Of a stretch of DNA of 64,000 nt, positions 36,469 through 49,200 are shown in pieces. Location of the stretch: positions 62,868,001 to 62,932,000 of the forward strand of contig NC_079172.1 of the NCBI RefSeq assembly GCF_947568905.1. The letters run 5' to 3'. The first letter of the stretch is position 1, and every line of letters starts with the position of its first letter. The notes under the pieces are model-generated. The model saw nothing but the letters and a program-made list of their open reading frames with translations. It had not been told where the DNA came from and did no database searches. The translations under genes were made by a program, and so were the position numbers. The stretch is from Ostrea edulis (Eukaryota).

Positions 36469-37757
36469 GCGGTATAAATTCCATTCATTGTATTTGGTCT
36501 TTTGCTTGATGTGTGCTATTCAAAAAATATTTTTCTTTCATTGTTAAATTCATATACTTATACTACTGTTTTAACCTTCGATATCTTGACCAATTGAAAT
36601 GATAGCCATTTTCTCATGAAATGTGCGTATGAATCTTGATAAATGTAGTACAACTATTTTAACAGCTGTGAATATTCCGACAGAAATTGAAAGTAAATGT
36701 AAATATAAAAAAAATGAATTTCAGTTTTGAAAATAGATAAGGGCATGAACAGCTAGCAACGCTTCACACCAGCATATTTTTCACAAGGCGCGTTACTTTT
36801 CAAGAAGCGCCAATTTCATGAAAACAAAAGTATGCTGGCGTCAAACATCATGCGCGTGCTCTCTTTCATACTTTTCAGAAAAATATCGCATTTCATGCCC
36901 TCATGAAATTTACTTCTTAAGTGAATCACATTGAAATGTACATTAAAGGTCAACTGAATCATATCGTTTTAGTCGACAAAACAAGTAAAATATAGGAAAT
37001 TGCTCCGATGCATGCAATAGGAATATCGGAACATCTCGGACTGACCAATTAGTGATTTTTTCTACAGGTTTCCCCCGACATTCAGATCACGCTTCTGATG
37101 GACATCCTTCGTCGTCGGGGAATCCGGACGCTGGCCAAATTTTTATCCATCCTTAAGGAGTCGCTGGACGGGTGGATTGCAGACAAGATATTGTGTACAG
37201 ATTTACGGTTCCTAGGCGGGTACATCCCAGCAGACGACAGGACACTCGCTGATTACATCATCAGGGTGTGTGGACCTCCAACTCCGGAACCGGAAGTAGA
37301 ACCGAAAGAAGACCCACCAACTCAGCAGACGACAAAACCCATAGAGAAATATCACACGAAAAGACCCGAAACACCACGAAGGCAACCAAGAGATGACGAC
37401 AAAATCATATATTTCCTTCCGCCCAGGCCTACACAAATAGCAGAGATCCCGGGCCAGGTTGAACATTTACACCATGTGTTTGAGGACCGAAGACAACAGA
37501 ATAGCGACACTTTGTCCATTCTGAAGCAAGAGGAACACGCCATAAAAACTATTCTGGAGAAAAACGTCTCAGAGCAGCGCCACCTCAACAAGAATCAGCA
37601 GGCTATCCACGACATTAGCAGACGACTTCAGTCCATTCATCACGAGGCGGGGCAACTTCTGAAACCAGCGCCCAATGACGTCATAGTCAGAAACAGACTG
37701 GACTATTTACATGATGTTCCTAGGAACGCGAGTAAGACTAGACATAAAAGGATTTGA
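36257..37757 (+). CDS. CARD (death-fold) domain protein with Pro-rich linker and C-terminal coiled coil, 278 aa
   Basis: join(36257-36403,37068-37757), GT-AG intron, phase 0, no stops. The N-terminus MSLENRIIHAVLDKHEGFLRRHLVL..LLMDILRRRGIRTLAKFLSILKESLDGWIADKIL fits the CARD pattern (LLDIL.RRG..AF..FL..L). Confidence 0.75.
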
Positions 37758-39140
37758 AAACTCTGAATTTAGTGAGAAATTACAGCTTTCCCTCAGGAGA
37801 TCTTAGTTTGAATCTCAGTAGTACGTGTTGTTTTCCATCAGTGTGAGGCAAATGTAGAGGTTTTTTTGTTGTTTTTTTTAATTTCCGACTTAAAATGGTT
37901 AAAAACAAACGTGAATGTTCTTTTCGTCAACACGGGGTTCTAGTTTAGATTAGAACTTCTCAATGGGATTGTGGTATATGGGGTTCACCGTTTTCTGAAG
38001 GGGATAAAAGGTTTAGGTGCCTTTTTTCTACCTTTTTGGCCTATTGAAAGAAATTCAACAATTTTCAGTCAATATACCTTTTTAATACATATTTTTAATC
38101 ATATGAATATTTGCACATTTGATTGCGTCCGCCGTAAAATGCTAGTAGTCTCCTTGCTTTTACAATGTGGATTTTTAGGCCTAAATATTTACATTTCCAA
38201 TGTTTTTCTCTTCGATGTGTTTGCCCACTGAAATGATGGCCATTTCCTCGTGAACGTGAGTAATGTGCGTATGAATGTTCATAGATATAATACGATTATT
38301 TTTAACGACTGGAAATAAGAGTAAATTTTAATTTAGAAAATACATGAGGGTATGAACAGCAACGCTTGACGCCAGCATACACGTACTTTTCATGAAGTAG
38401 ATAACATTTTATGACGTATTGTTGGCATAAAGCATCGCAGTTCATTCTTCATGTCTATTTTCAAAATTCAGCTCTCATATATCCTGGGTCTGTTCTACAA
38501 AACAACTTACGACAAAGTCGCTAGTCTTAAATTGTATTGCACAATTATTCCTTTAAATGAATGAAGTAAAACTTTTCTGAAGCTTAATTTTTAATATTTT
38601 AAAAGAATATTTTGCATTTGGAGTGAATGATCTTACAATAAACTGGAAAGTATGTAATGCTGGTTGTAAGTCATAAGTTCTTTTGTAAAACGCGCCCCCG
38701 AGTACTGTCTATAGAATTGATAGAAAACACACACACACACACACACAAATTGAAGTAATTTTGCCTGTATCTGTTTTTAAACTACTGTTGCAATTCTCTA
38801 ACCAAAAATCGATTCTTTAACCTACAAGTAGATTAAGTAATAAAAAATCCTCCTTACAAGCTTTAAAACTGCTTGTTCAGAATTACAAGACAAAGAGCAA
38901 GATGTTTTTTTTATCAAATCTATCATATGGTTCAGGCATTTAGTGACACGCAATTTCCAACTGCCGTCTGTCGATTCACCATTGTGAGATAGGATTTGGG
39001 TTTTTTGTTTTTTTTGGTAGAGACAGTACAGGAATTTCAGCTTATAAAACCATGCATTAGGGTAAACTTAAAACATGGAGGTCAATAAATGGAATGAATA
39101 ATGGGATTTACTCCATAAAACGGGCCCCTGAAAGCAGCCG

Positions 39141-40277
39141 TTAATGCAGATTAATGACAGAGTTCAATAATTTCGTCAGTGATCTTCGTATACCGTTATA
39201 ATTCAATGACAATTCGCGCAGACTCTGATTAATGTCCTGTAGCAGTTGAAAACACTTTCTTGGAAAGGCATCAGGGGAGAGGAGATGCCTGAAGAATAAT
39301 TCGCTCGCCCGCTCCAAGTTGCGTTTGGCGTTGTGACCTTGACATAACCCCATCTCACAGCTGATCCCGTATCTGCAGGGATGTCGCCGCGTGTTGCTCT
39401 CCACGGAGTACGCGTCACACGATGGTTCTAAGTTGTCTACGTCATCTAAATCAATCATCTTTATAGTAGAATTCACCATCAGAAAATGGTCTATTTTGAA
39501 GTCTCTTATCCTCAATGACCCTAGCGGTGAATTTGCCAAATACTGAAAAAATGAAATCAGATGCAGAGATTGGAGAATTTTATCCCGCACGGGGAGGTCT
39601 GTTAATTTTGCTACAGAGATACTCGTTCCTTTTTCATACACTGCGACCACACCGTGTTCTGTCAGGTCCGTGCTGTCCGACTCCTCGCTCCGTACACAGT
39701 ATCCCAGTAATCTCAGAAATCCTTCATGTTGTAGTTGTTGAAGTAATAGAATTTCTTTCATTAATTTCATTGTTGGAAATATAAAGCACCTTGACCGTTT
39801 AAACCCGTCTGATCGAGCACTACCCGACAACCCATCCAAACACTCCCGAGCCTCTTTCTGGTGACGTGTCACCATTTTAACTACCACATTCTCTCCTCTG
39901 TAAAACCCGAGAAACGCCTGCTTTGTGACACCGTGTCCTATTTTCTCACGGAGTTCAATCTGATTGATATTTTCGCACGTGAAAAGTGCATTCTTGTATA
40001 GACATTTCGTTTTATATCCCTCACAAGGGTTCACAGAATCACTGTCATTTCTACGTTGATATCGTAACGTTTTTTCACGAAAACTTGTGTCAACCGGTTT
40101 AGTCTTTCGGAAATAAGAAATAGTCGTTTTGGAGGCGAGAGCTGTGTGTGTTATCTCTTTGTGAACAGCGTCCTCCTCCGACACATTGGCCATGAGCTCG
40201 AACACTACGGAAAAGTACAAGTAGAGAACGAGCGGCAGAAATAGCATCGTACATCGCACGAGTCCTCGCCGTGTCAT
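39141..40277 (-). CDS. Extracellular tyrosine-protein kinase PKDCC/VLK-like, intronless, 378 aa
   Basis: N-terminal hydrophobic signal anchor, G-loop IGHGVTKQAF, VVVK, KLMKEILLLQQLQH..LLGYC, LGSLRIRDFK catalytic loop, KMIDLDD, Cys-rich C-lobe. Matches the recalled PKDCC pattern; ortholog versus paralog unresolved. Confidence 0.82.
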   Translation of the reverse strand: MTRRGLVRCTMLFLPLVLYLYFSVVFELMANVSEEDAVHKEITHTALASKTTISYFRKTKPVDTSFREKTLRYQRRNDSDSVNPCEGYKTKCLYKNALFTCENINQIELREKIGHGVTKQAFLGFYRGENVVVKMVTRHQKEARECLDGLSGSARSDGFKRSRCFIFPTMKLMKEILLLQQLQHEGFLRLLGYCVRSEESDSTDLTEHGVVAVYEKGTSISVAKLTDLPVRDKILQSLHLISFFQYLANSPLGSLRIRDFKIDHFLMVNSTIKMIDLDDVDNLEPSCDAYSVESNTRRHPCRYGISCEMGLCQGHNAKRNLERASELFFRHLLSPDAFPRKCFQLLQDINQSLRELSLNYNGIRRSLTKLLNSVINLH

Positions 40278-41464
40278 CGTAACTGCATAACTAGTAACTC
40301 GTTTTGAATCTGGCTTTTAATGCACATCAATCTTACTTACTTCATAAATCAATTTGCATCGCTGTTTCTTTTCCGATAGTATCCTCTTCAGACATTGTTA
40401 TGGGGTTTTTCTTGCGAAATCCAACTCCAGTGGGAAGATATTATTTAATAAGAATATGTTGTCCAAAAAGAAACACACTGAGATAAATTTTTTTGTAATT
40501 TCCAAATTCTCACATTGTTTAATAACTGTGTCTCAATATAAATACAGGAATGCGATGCTTTATCAAGTTCTCCAAACGCAATCGCCAGGATCCCCCGTGT
40601 GACAAACGCCGGCCATTTGTCTGACTGTGGATATCAATGTTTCATTGCAAGCCTTGATTAACTTGAAGAAGGAAAGTCGCGGACTGAACTTAATATAATT
40701 ATAAGCCCCTCACTCACGATGGCGCTAACGGATCGGTGTCGAGGTGTCCACGGAAATAAGGAAATCGATCTGCAATTACATTTAGTAGCATTTTTCCTTT
40801 TACCAAAAAACAATTTAATAAAGTCTATCGTATTTATAGATAATTATTATTGCCAATGCTCACGAGATTACCGTGACTTTTGAGGCAATGAAGAGCGACA
40901 GGTCTTATGTCATTTTGGCTTTTAGAGGTGTATCATAATTATATAATTTTGTCAAGTGCTTAGTAAAATTTTCAAAATTGAATCATCTGTCAGAAATTTT
41001 AGTTCATGGGACGACATGATGGCGTCAAGAGACTTAAAGAAATGTCTCAAGCCATTGTTTTTCTTTATTCATGAAAGCCTTTCCTTATTTTCCATTAGGA
41101 AATTTTGAAATACACTGCATATTTTACAATGTATTTTCAGAAATTCTTATCCATTGCTAAGTTAAGCGATAAGTAGTTTGATTCATTAAGTCATAATCAC
41201 ATATTTAATGCCGTCTGCATTAAACTTTACTATTAATTTCCATGATGATCTCAATAAAAGCTCCAAAGATTTGAGAAATCCTCCAAATTTACAAGATAAA
41301 TGGTAATAAGGCTTGTCTCGCCGATGTCGCACATCGTGTTTCCGTGTCCACCAGCCCTCTCTGGTGAGGGAGAGAATCGATCAGGAACACCCATGGGCTT
41401 CCGATGGTGTGCTAATGTGTTTTATTGAATTCACCTGTATGCAGAAATAAATGACAATGATTAA

Positions 41465-41985
41465 AGGGGCATGGACGCGATTTGAAATGAAAAATTTCAA
41501 ATTCTATTTTTCCAGTTTTAATGTTTACAGTGCTTAACTAAACTATTTCTAATGGTCAACCAAAATTTGAATATCAGTTGTTGAGTTACAAGTGAGATAC
41601 AGCACTCACAATTCTTTGCTATGTAAACAAGACTCGTGCGATGTTTTTGTTTACATATAGATCGCTCAATAGAAAATATAATGTTTAAAACAAAATGAGA
41701 TGTTCTACATACTAGAAACTATTTAGTTGTGTTCAAAATTAACTTGTAAATTGAAAAACTCTGTTAAACGAAACTTTAACTAGTATATCTAACCCAAGTA
41801 AACAAAAACATGGCACGAACCTTGTTTACATTACAAAGAATTCTGAGCTCTGTATCCCCCATGTACCTTGACAACTAGCATTCAAATTTTGTTGACCATT
41901 AGAAATACGTTAGTTGAGCATTCTAAACATTAAAAATGGAAAAATAAAATTTGAAATTTTCAGCTCAAATTGTGTCCATGTCCCT
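41465..41985. mobile_element. Intact long-TIR MITE next to TTAA sites
   Basis: TTAA-AGGGGCATGGACGCGATTTG ... CAAATTGTGTCCATGTCCC-TTAA, with inverted similarity extending >100 bp. Confidence 0.75.
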
Positions 41986-42134
41986 TAAAAAAAAGTTAGT
42001 TTAAAAGATATCAGCATCATTCTCATTTTACCATCTTTATGTTTACCTCTCTCTTTCTCTCTCTCTCTCTAAACCGATGTTTTATTTTTAACGTTCACTT
42101 ATATGTCAATTCGATATATTCCTGTGGACTAAAA

Positions 42135-42450
42135 AATAAAAGATACCACAGGTCTTCCACATCTGCTTCATATTTCGATATTTTATTGAAAATAGATTTT
42201 AACAGCAAACTAACAACTCAACTATATGACAACGGGATGGCTTCAGCTAGCTTCTACATCGTCAACTTCCCATATTTATGTAGCAATATTCCATTATCAA
42301 CTGCACGCGGTGCTTATGTCTCCCAACTGATTCGATACGATAGAGTATGTTCTGCGTATGATCAATTTTTAATTGGGACAAGCTACTAACAAATCAGTTG
42401 ATGCTACTGGGGTTTCAACGGTTTCGTTTGAATCCAGCATTAAAAATAAA
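42135..42450 (+). pseudogene. Decayed Penelope-like retroelement reverse-transcriptase fragment
   Basis: SSTSASYFDILLKID..KLTTQLYD..IVNFPYLCSNIP..AYVSQLIRY, with frameshifts at both ends. Confidence 0.6.
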
Positions 42451-42597
42451 CTGCAACTTTAAAAAAATCCTTTTTCTCGAAAGGAAAAGGGTCATGATTA
42501 GTCACATTATTATGCAAGTATCCTCAAGTCTTGCAGAGTTAAGTGTGGCTCCCAGAGGCTGTATGAGGTACATGGGTATATGCAATAAAGTCTTTAA

Positions 42598-42872
42598 GGA
42601 GGTACTCTATAACGTCATAATGACTGACTTCCTTTTAAGACATGGATGGAAACATAAATTTCAGCAATATTTGTCTATTCATTTAAAAAATCATTGCCTA
42701 GCTGAGTAGATCAGCACGTCGACGGGTTGGAGTCCAGCAGGGATTTTGAATTTTCTACTAAAACTGCATTTCTTTTACTAAAGTAAATTTGAAAGTTTTC
42801 AAATTCGTGATATTACTGTACATAGCCTCCACATTTCATCTATATTAAATTTCTTTAGTGTAGCAAATCTCC
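42598..42872 (+). mobile_element. TTAA-flanked MITE, copy 2 (tRNA-like module partly deleted)
   Basis: TTAA at 42594-97 and 42873-76. Homologous to 44730-45048. Confidence 0.7.
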
Positions 42873-44357
42873 TTAAACATCTTTTGTATGTTTACATCCA
42901 TTAAGCCTGATTAGTCATAGATGCAGGCAGTGAAGATTCCGGTTTTTTCCCCTTAAATTAATGCCCCAGGAGTAAATAAAACGAGGATATCATTTAGCCC
43001 AATATTTGGGAGAGTAATTGACATGCAGTGTTTCAAAAAATACCAAATCATTTCCACGGAGATAATTGGAAAAATAATTTTTGGACACATTTCTCTGCTA
43101 TAATGGCACTTTACTAGAGGCTAAAATTTTATTGATGAAAGTGCTAGCTTGAAATCAAGTGCAAACTTTACATTATTTAGCTTCCAGGCAAAGATCAAGT
43201 ATACTTTAATTCTCCCACTCCTCGTCATTTTAAACTATACAGTCTGAGGCTAGATACAACCTGCTCCGGCGCGTACCGTATCTTTAATTAAGTGCGTATG
43301 GGTTGAAATGATTATCAAAGGGAAACTTTCAGTACTGTAATTTTTCGGCAAACGAACATTTACACGAGCGGATCCAAGATTTTTTTTTAATGGGGGGATT
43401 CAACAAGTGGGTGTTTGGGACCGCCTAGGGACGCTCCCGTTTTCTGGGAAGTTTGAACTTTAAATCCTGATTTTTTAAGATGACACATATTTTTAAGGGA
43501 GTGTACTTTCATTATTTTCAATTACACGTCGCTGGAGGGTGCCCTCGTGGCGGGGGGTTGGGGGGGGGGGGGTGTTACGTGTTGAGAGGGGTTCCCGGAA
43601 GCCAAGTGTCTTTCATGGGATGGAAGTCCAGGGTGGGTGGAGATGGCGAGCGTCTGGGGTGGTCACAGGCACCTGAAGTGTGGATAGCTTGTATAGATCG
43701 TATGTACATACCCCCCCCCACCCCTTCTAAAAAGAAATTATTTTTATACAGAACCAATAATTTATCCAAAATATGTTATTTCTCCACCGATCACCCTCAT
43801 CAGTCGTTCTGAAGAGTCAGTTTGTACCTTCTGTAAGCTTTAGAGATGACCACTTGTGAGATACTAATATCCTCAACCGGTTTCAAGACCGACCGACGCC
43901 GAGGACGACCATTTTGTCACCTCAAGAGGGTCGGTCGGGCTACTCCCGTCGGTACATATATTAGTATCTCACAAGTGGTCATCTCTGTATACATTACATG
44001 CCATAAGACCGTGCATCTACAAAACCATTATGCACAGTGAGGGGTTGCATGAAGAAGAGGGGGGGGGGGGGGGGGTATTTGCATTTTGTAACTTTCAAGA
44101 TTTCAAATACGATAAGAGTCAATCTCAAAGCAACTGAAGCACTCCACAAATGTTGCATCTTTGATGTTGAAAACCATTATGCACAGTGAGGGGTTGCATG
44201 AAGAAGAGGAGGGGGGGGGGGGTATTTGCATCTTTGATGTTGAAAATTTGTTGCAAGTTCAAGAATGGAACACGTTTCAGTTTCAACAATGAATTATGGT
44301 TTGTTCAATGTTTCAACCTAAATTTAACGCATTTACAAAGTTATGTGCTCTTTCAAT

Positions 44358-44590
44358 GAGATGATGAAAGACAACGAACAGCGATCAATCTCACAAATCC
44401 CAGAAGCAACGAAAAGTAGGCAGCTGGGCAAACAAGGACCTCTGGACATACCAGAGGTGGGATCAGGTGCCTAGGAGGAGTAAGCATCCCCTGTCGACCG
44501 GTCCCCCCCCCCCCCCCCCCGTGAGTCCTATATCTTGATCAGGTAAACAGAGTTATCCGTAGTCAAATAGCAGTGGAACCATCATGGAAT
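44358..44590 (+). repeat. Dispersed repeat fragment
   Basis: Same family as 14428-14523 in the opposite orientation. Confidence 0.6.
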
Positions 44591-44729
44591 TCCTTCATTG
44601 GCTATTAAGCAGATATTGCAGGAAATAGCAGTGGTACGACAGCTCATGATGGATTTCCTTTTGTCATTTTTTTTCTTTTTATCTTTTTTCTGTTTAACAA
44701 AATGATTTTGTTTCTCCAATACAGCTTAA

Positions 44730-45048
44730 GGAGGTACTCTACATCATCATAATGGCTGACTTTCTTTAAAAACATGGAAGAAAAAATCAATATCAGCAAT
44801 ATTTGACTTTTCCTTTTCAATTTAAATACCTAGCGGTGAAGCTCAGTAAGTCAGCATACTGATTGCTGAACTGAAGGTCGCAGGTTCAAGTCCAGCAGGG
44901 GTTTTAAATTTTTTTTCAGATTATCTTCTACTAAAACTGTATTTTTTGACAAAATAAAGTAAATTTGAAAAATTTCAACTTCAAAATATTGTTGTACATA
45001 TCCTCCACTTTTCATCTACATCAAATTTCTCTGGCGTAGCATACCTCC
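44730..45048 (+). mobile_element. TTAA-flanked MITE, copy 3, with tRNA-like module
   Basis: TTAA|GGAGGTA...TACCTCC|TTAA. A-box-like AAGCTCAGTAAG, B-box GGTTCAAGTCC at 44883-44893. Confidence 0.8.
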
Positions 45049-45102
45049 TTAAGAATTCTATCATAAGACTATGATTGCTATGTAACATCACATTGTCAAA
45101 TT

Positions 45103-45590
45103 AATTCGTCACATTCAAATTAACCAGTCACATTCAAATCAATCCGTCACATTCAAATTAATCTGTCACATTCAAATTAACCAGTCACATTCAAATCAAT
45201 CTGTCACATTCAAATTAATCTGTCACATTCAAATAAAATAGTCACATTCAAATTAATCTGTCACATTCAAATAAAATAGTCACATTCAAATTAATCTGTC
45301 ACATTCATATAAATCCGTCACATTCAAATTAATCCGTCACATTCATATAAATCCGTCACATTCAAATTAATCTGTCACATTCAAATTAATCTGTCACATT
45401 CAAATTAACCAGTCACATTCAAATTAATCTGTCACATTCAAATCAATCAGTCACATTCAAATTAACCAGTCACATTCAAATTAATCTGTCACATTCAAAT
45501 TAATCAGTCACATTCAAATAAAATAGTCACATTCAAATTAATCTGTCACATTCAAATTAACCAGTCACATTCAAATTAATCAATCACATT
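45103..45590. repeat. 19-bp minisatellite x~25
   Basis: GTCACATTCAAATTAATCT. Confidence 0.95.
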
Positions 45591-46237
45591 TTCTTCAAAA
45601 AAATCCTGTACTAGAATAAAATGGTCCACAATGAGCAGACCAATTTTCATAATGAATTATCTCGAGAGTTATTCACTTGTCTGTCTGTCTGTCAGGGTGA
45701 CATTCAAACTTTGTACAGGGAATTATTTGCCCCCCCCCCCTTTATTCTCGCACCTTTTGCCCTTGTCAATGGGCAAATTAAAGACAAGGCAAACTGTTTT
45801 CTTTCTTATTGCTCTTTTAACACAGCTGTGTCTGGGCGAATTTAAAACGGGACAAAACCGTCAGCAAGTGTAGAAAGGCGAAAATAACATGGGGCGAAAA
45901 TAACGGGGCGAAAATAACCCAGTATACAGTACTAGCATAATTCTAAAATAAAAATCATTCCATCATAAAAACAGAAATTTCTTTCTATAGTTTTATGTAA
46001 ATTGTAAAAAATAGATCAGATAACCATGGAAACACATTTTGTAAATACATGTACACAGAAAAACAAAAGTACAAACAAATCTGTACAAGTACATGTATAT
46101 TCATATTTCAAATATTGTGTAACAAATAATAAATGCACAATTGCTTAAAGCATTGTGTCACAATGAATATTATCCATGTGCTCCGACAGTGCTTCACACA
46201 TGTAACAACAACTTTTGTGCGACCTTTGACCTAAAGG

Positions 46238-49200
46238 TCACGTTTGTATAGGCAGCCTGGGTGTGGCTATCAAGTCATCGTTGAAGGACAGCTCTTGAGT
46301 CCACTCATAAAGCTTGCTGGCTTCTCTCTCCCACTCCTCTGGATCCTCCCCATCGTCTCCTGTGATCCCATACTTATCGAAATAGTCATCGGGTTCCTCC
46401 GACACTGCCGTGGGCTCCCGTGAATCCAGCAGTTTGCTTCCCTCCTACCAAACAGAGAAGTACAAAAACTGAAAATATCATTTGTATCAAGAACGTTTTG
46501 TGGTTCAATGTTGCGAAGAAAAATATCATAATTTAGGACGCATAACACAATGAAGTAAATCATATTATTAAAAATTGGAAAATGTTCACAACTATATAAA
46601 GATACATTACATAATATTGTAGGTATTTTTTTTTTTTATAGGTATCTAGTATTAGATTACATATATTGCAGGTAATTTTTATAGGTAGCTAGTATTAATA
46701 CATTACATATACTGTAGGCAATTTTTATAGGTATAGCTAGTATTAAATACATTACATATACTGTAGGTAATTTTTATAGGTATAGCTAGTATTAAATACA
46801 TTACATATACTGTAGGTAATTTTTATAGGTATAGCTAGTATTAAATACATTACATATACTGTAGGTAATTTTTATAGGTATAGCTAGTATTAAATACATT
46901 ACATATACTGTAGGTAATTTTTATAGGTATAGCTAGTATTAAATACATTACATAATTATATTGTTGGTCCTTTTTATATATATATATATCTAGTATTTAG
47001 ATACATACTGTAAATTACATAATTATATTGCAGGTACTTTTTATAGGTATAGCTAGTATTTAATACATTATACATATTCATTGTAGGTACTTTTTTTCAT
47101 AGGTAACTAAGTATGTAATGTATTTAATACTAGATATACCTATAAAATGTACCTACAGTATGTGTAATATATTAAACTACCTATAAAAAAGTACCTATAA
47201 TATGAAAGTTGTAGAAAACGATATCATAGTTGAAATGTTCACTTTCTTACATTATATGTATAAAAATTATCAACATTTAAAATATCATAATTGTGAACTT
47301 GTAATCTTTATATATGTGAATGTATGATCTTTCAATTTCGTTTTTAATGACTTTGTAAACTTCATTGTTCTTCTTTAATTACAATCTACCTGTGCTTTAC
47401 TCTCAGAGAATACTACTGAGGAATGGCTGTAAAATTGACCATTTTCCCGTGGATTTCAATTTTTCTGTAGAATGAATTCACCAAAAAATTCAAAATGAAC
47501 TAAAATAACCAATAAGAAATTCTCAACCAATGATGAAATCCCCACACATGGTGTTTTTTTTCTCTCAAACGACAAAAATTTGACCTCGTGAAAATAATTA
47601 ATTTTACAGTAACAAATGTAGCATGTATAATGTTCACTAAAATACGAGTTCTATTTAAATCATTATTATACTAGAAAATACTTCTCTAGTATAATCCAAT
47701 ACCACGTGAAATAAATGAAACAATGAAAGTCACGTATAGAATGATCATACACTACTGAAGCAGAAACTGTACACTCAACGATACAATCATAAACAGAATC
47801 CATGCAGTATCTAAATTTATTATATACCCCCAATAAGCTGTGTTTTTATACTTTTTAATTCACAGAATGTGATCCAGATTTCCACACTGTGGTGATCTGA
47901 ATCCAGATCATGTCTCTCTGAAAGTGATGATGTCACATATATGAACGTGCTTTTGTGGAAAATTATCGACTGCATCGCAAACAAGTCTGCACACACAAAA
48001 AATAATTTTGCCGTATGTTTGTCTTTTTGATAACTAGGGATACATTCATTGTCTGCCTATAAAACTTGTATTTAAAAATATATAGAGGGTTATATAATAA
48101 ATTTGTCATTTCTACAGTGTTATCCGAAGAGTTGGATCATGTTAAGTTGACAGGCACTGGGGCTAAGTGTCGAATTTGATCTGATGATCCGCACCTATTT
48201 AATGTGATCCAACTCTTTGGATCAGGTTACTGTAGTAAAAATATATATACATCTACAAATACATAAAATGAACTAGGAAGATAAAAGTTCTAAGACAGAG
48301 TCAGGTTCTCATGAAATGTTCATCCCTTATTTCTTAAATATATTATGTACTCAGAATGAATACATTTTGTAAATTCAATGGTTCTCTAATAGTCTACATG
48401 TAAATTTCATGAAGGAAAGAGTGGACATGCTGCAGGTGTTCTGGCAGAGAAGTTGAATTTGTCTCAGCCAATCAAAAGCCGTGAAATCAGATCACTCCAA
48501 AAAGTAAGATACAATGTAATTTGAGTAAATATGGTCTATGTGAATGCAACTTTGATCAATAAATAAATTTCATGTTTTAGTCTCATAACTTTTACCATCC
48601 CTTGTATAGACTAAAATGTTGATATAACTATAGTACAACTTTACACAGATGAGAAAGTCGATATAACTCTAGTACATCTAATTACACAGAGGAGAAAGTC
48701 GATATAACTTTAGTACATCCTTACCGAGTTGGAGGAGGAGGCATTCTAGAAGTATTACATTCACATTTTGATAATCATTGACGGCATGTTTAAACAGCAG
48801 ATTAATTTACATCACAGGTAGATAGGAAGCAGTCTCTGCTATGTATTGATAAAACAGCCCACTCACCCTATCTAACCCATACATCTTCCGCAATTTGGAG
48901 GCCCTTGCCTTGGCCTGCCGGGAGCGTCGACTGGAGACAGGCTGACTGACAAACCCGGACATCTTGGACTTGGGCGTGGTTAAAGGGGCTCCCATGGGTA
49001 TAGACTCGGACCTGTCAAAATGAAATTCACGTATCTTATACAATCATGCATAACCCTTATCAAAAAGGAAACATTGGTTATGTGTACAGAAATGTTTAAC
49101 AATGAAATGAATATTGATTACATTTACATGATTTACAGAAATGTTTTATGAGGAAGTGAATAATCCTTTTGCTTTCCTTTGCCTAATTAGCTGCCATAAA

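Noticed and set aside
42039-42389. 116-aa ORF as a cellular gene
   Set aside because: Starts in a CT microsatellite and runs into a frameshifted retroelement fragment.
46270-46563. 97-aa ORF as the CXorf58 last exon
   Set aside because: Wrong frame. The phase-0 frame from acceptor 46444 gives the acidic, motif-bearing C-terminus ending at 46238.
47390-47426. 37-nt AG/GT-bounded segment as an extra CXorf58 exon (also a 54-nt segment near 47865-47918)
   Set aside because: The 37-nt segment shifts frame and has an in-frame TGA, and the 54-nt one has a weak donor. Not needed for a complete ORF; a poison exon cannot be excluded.
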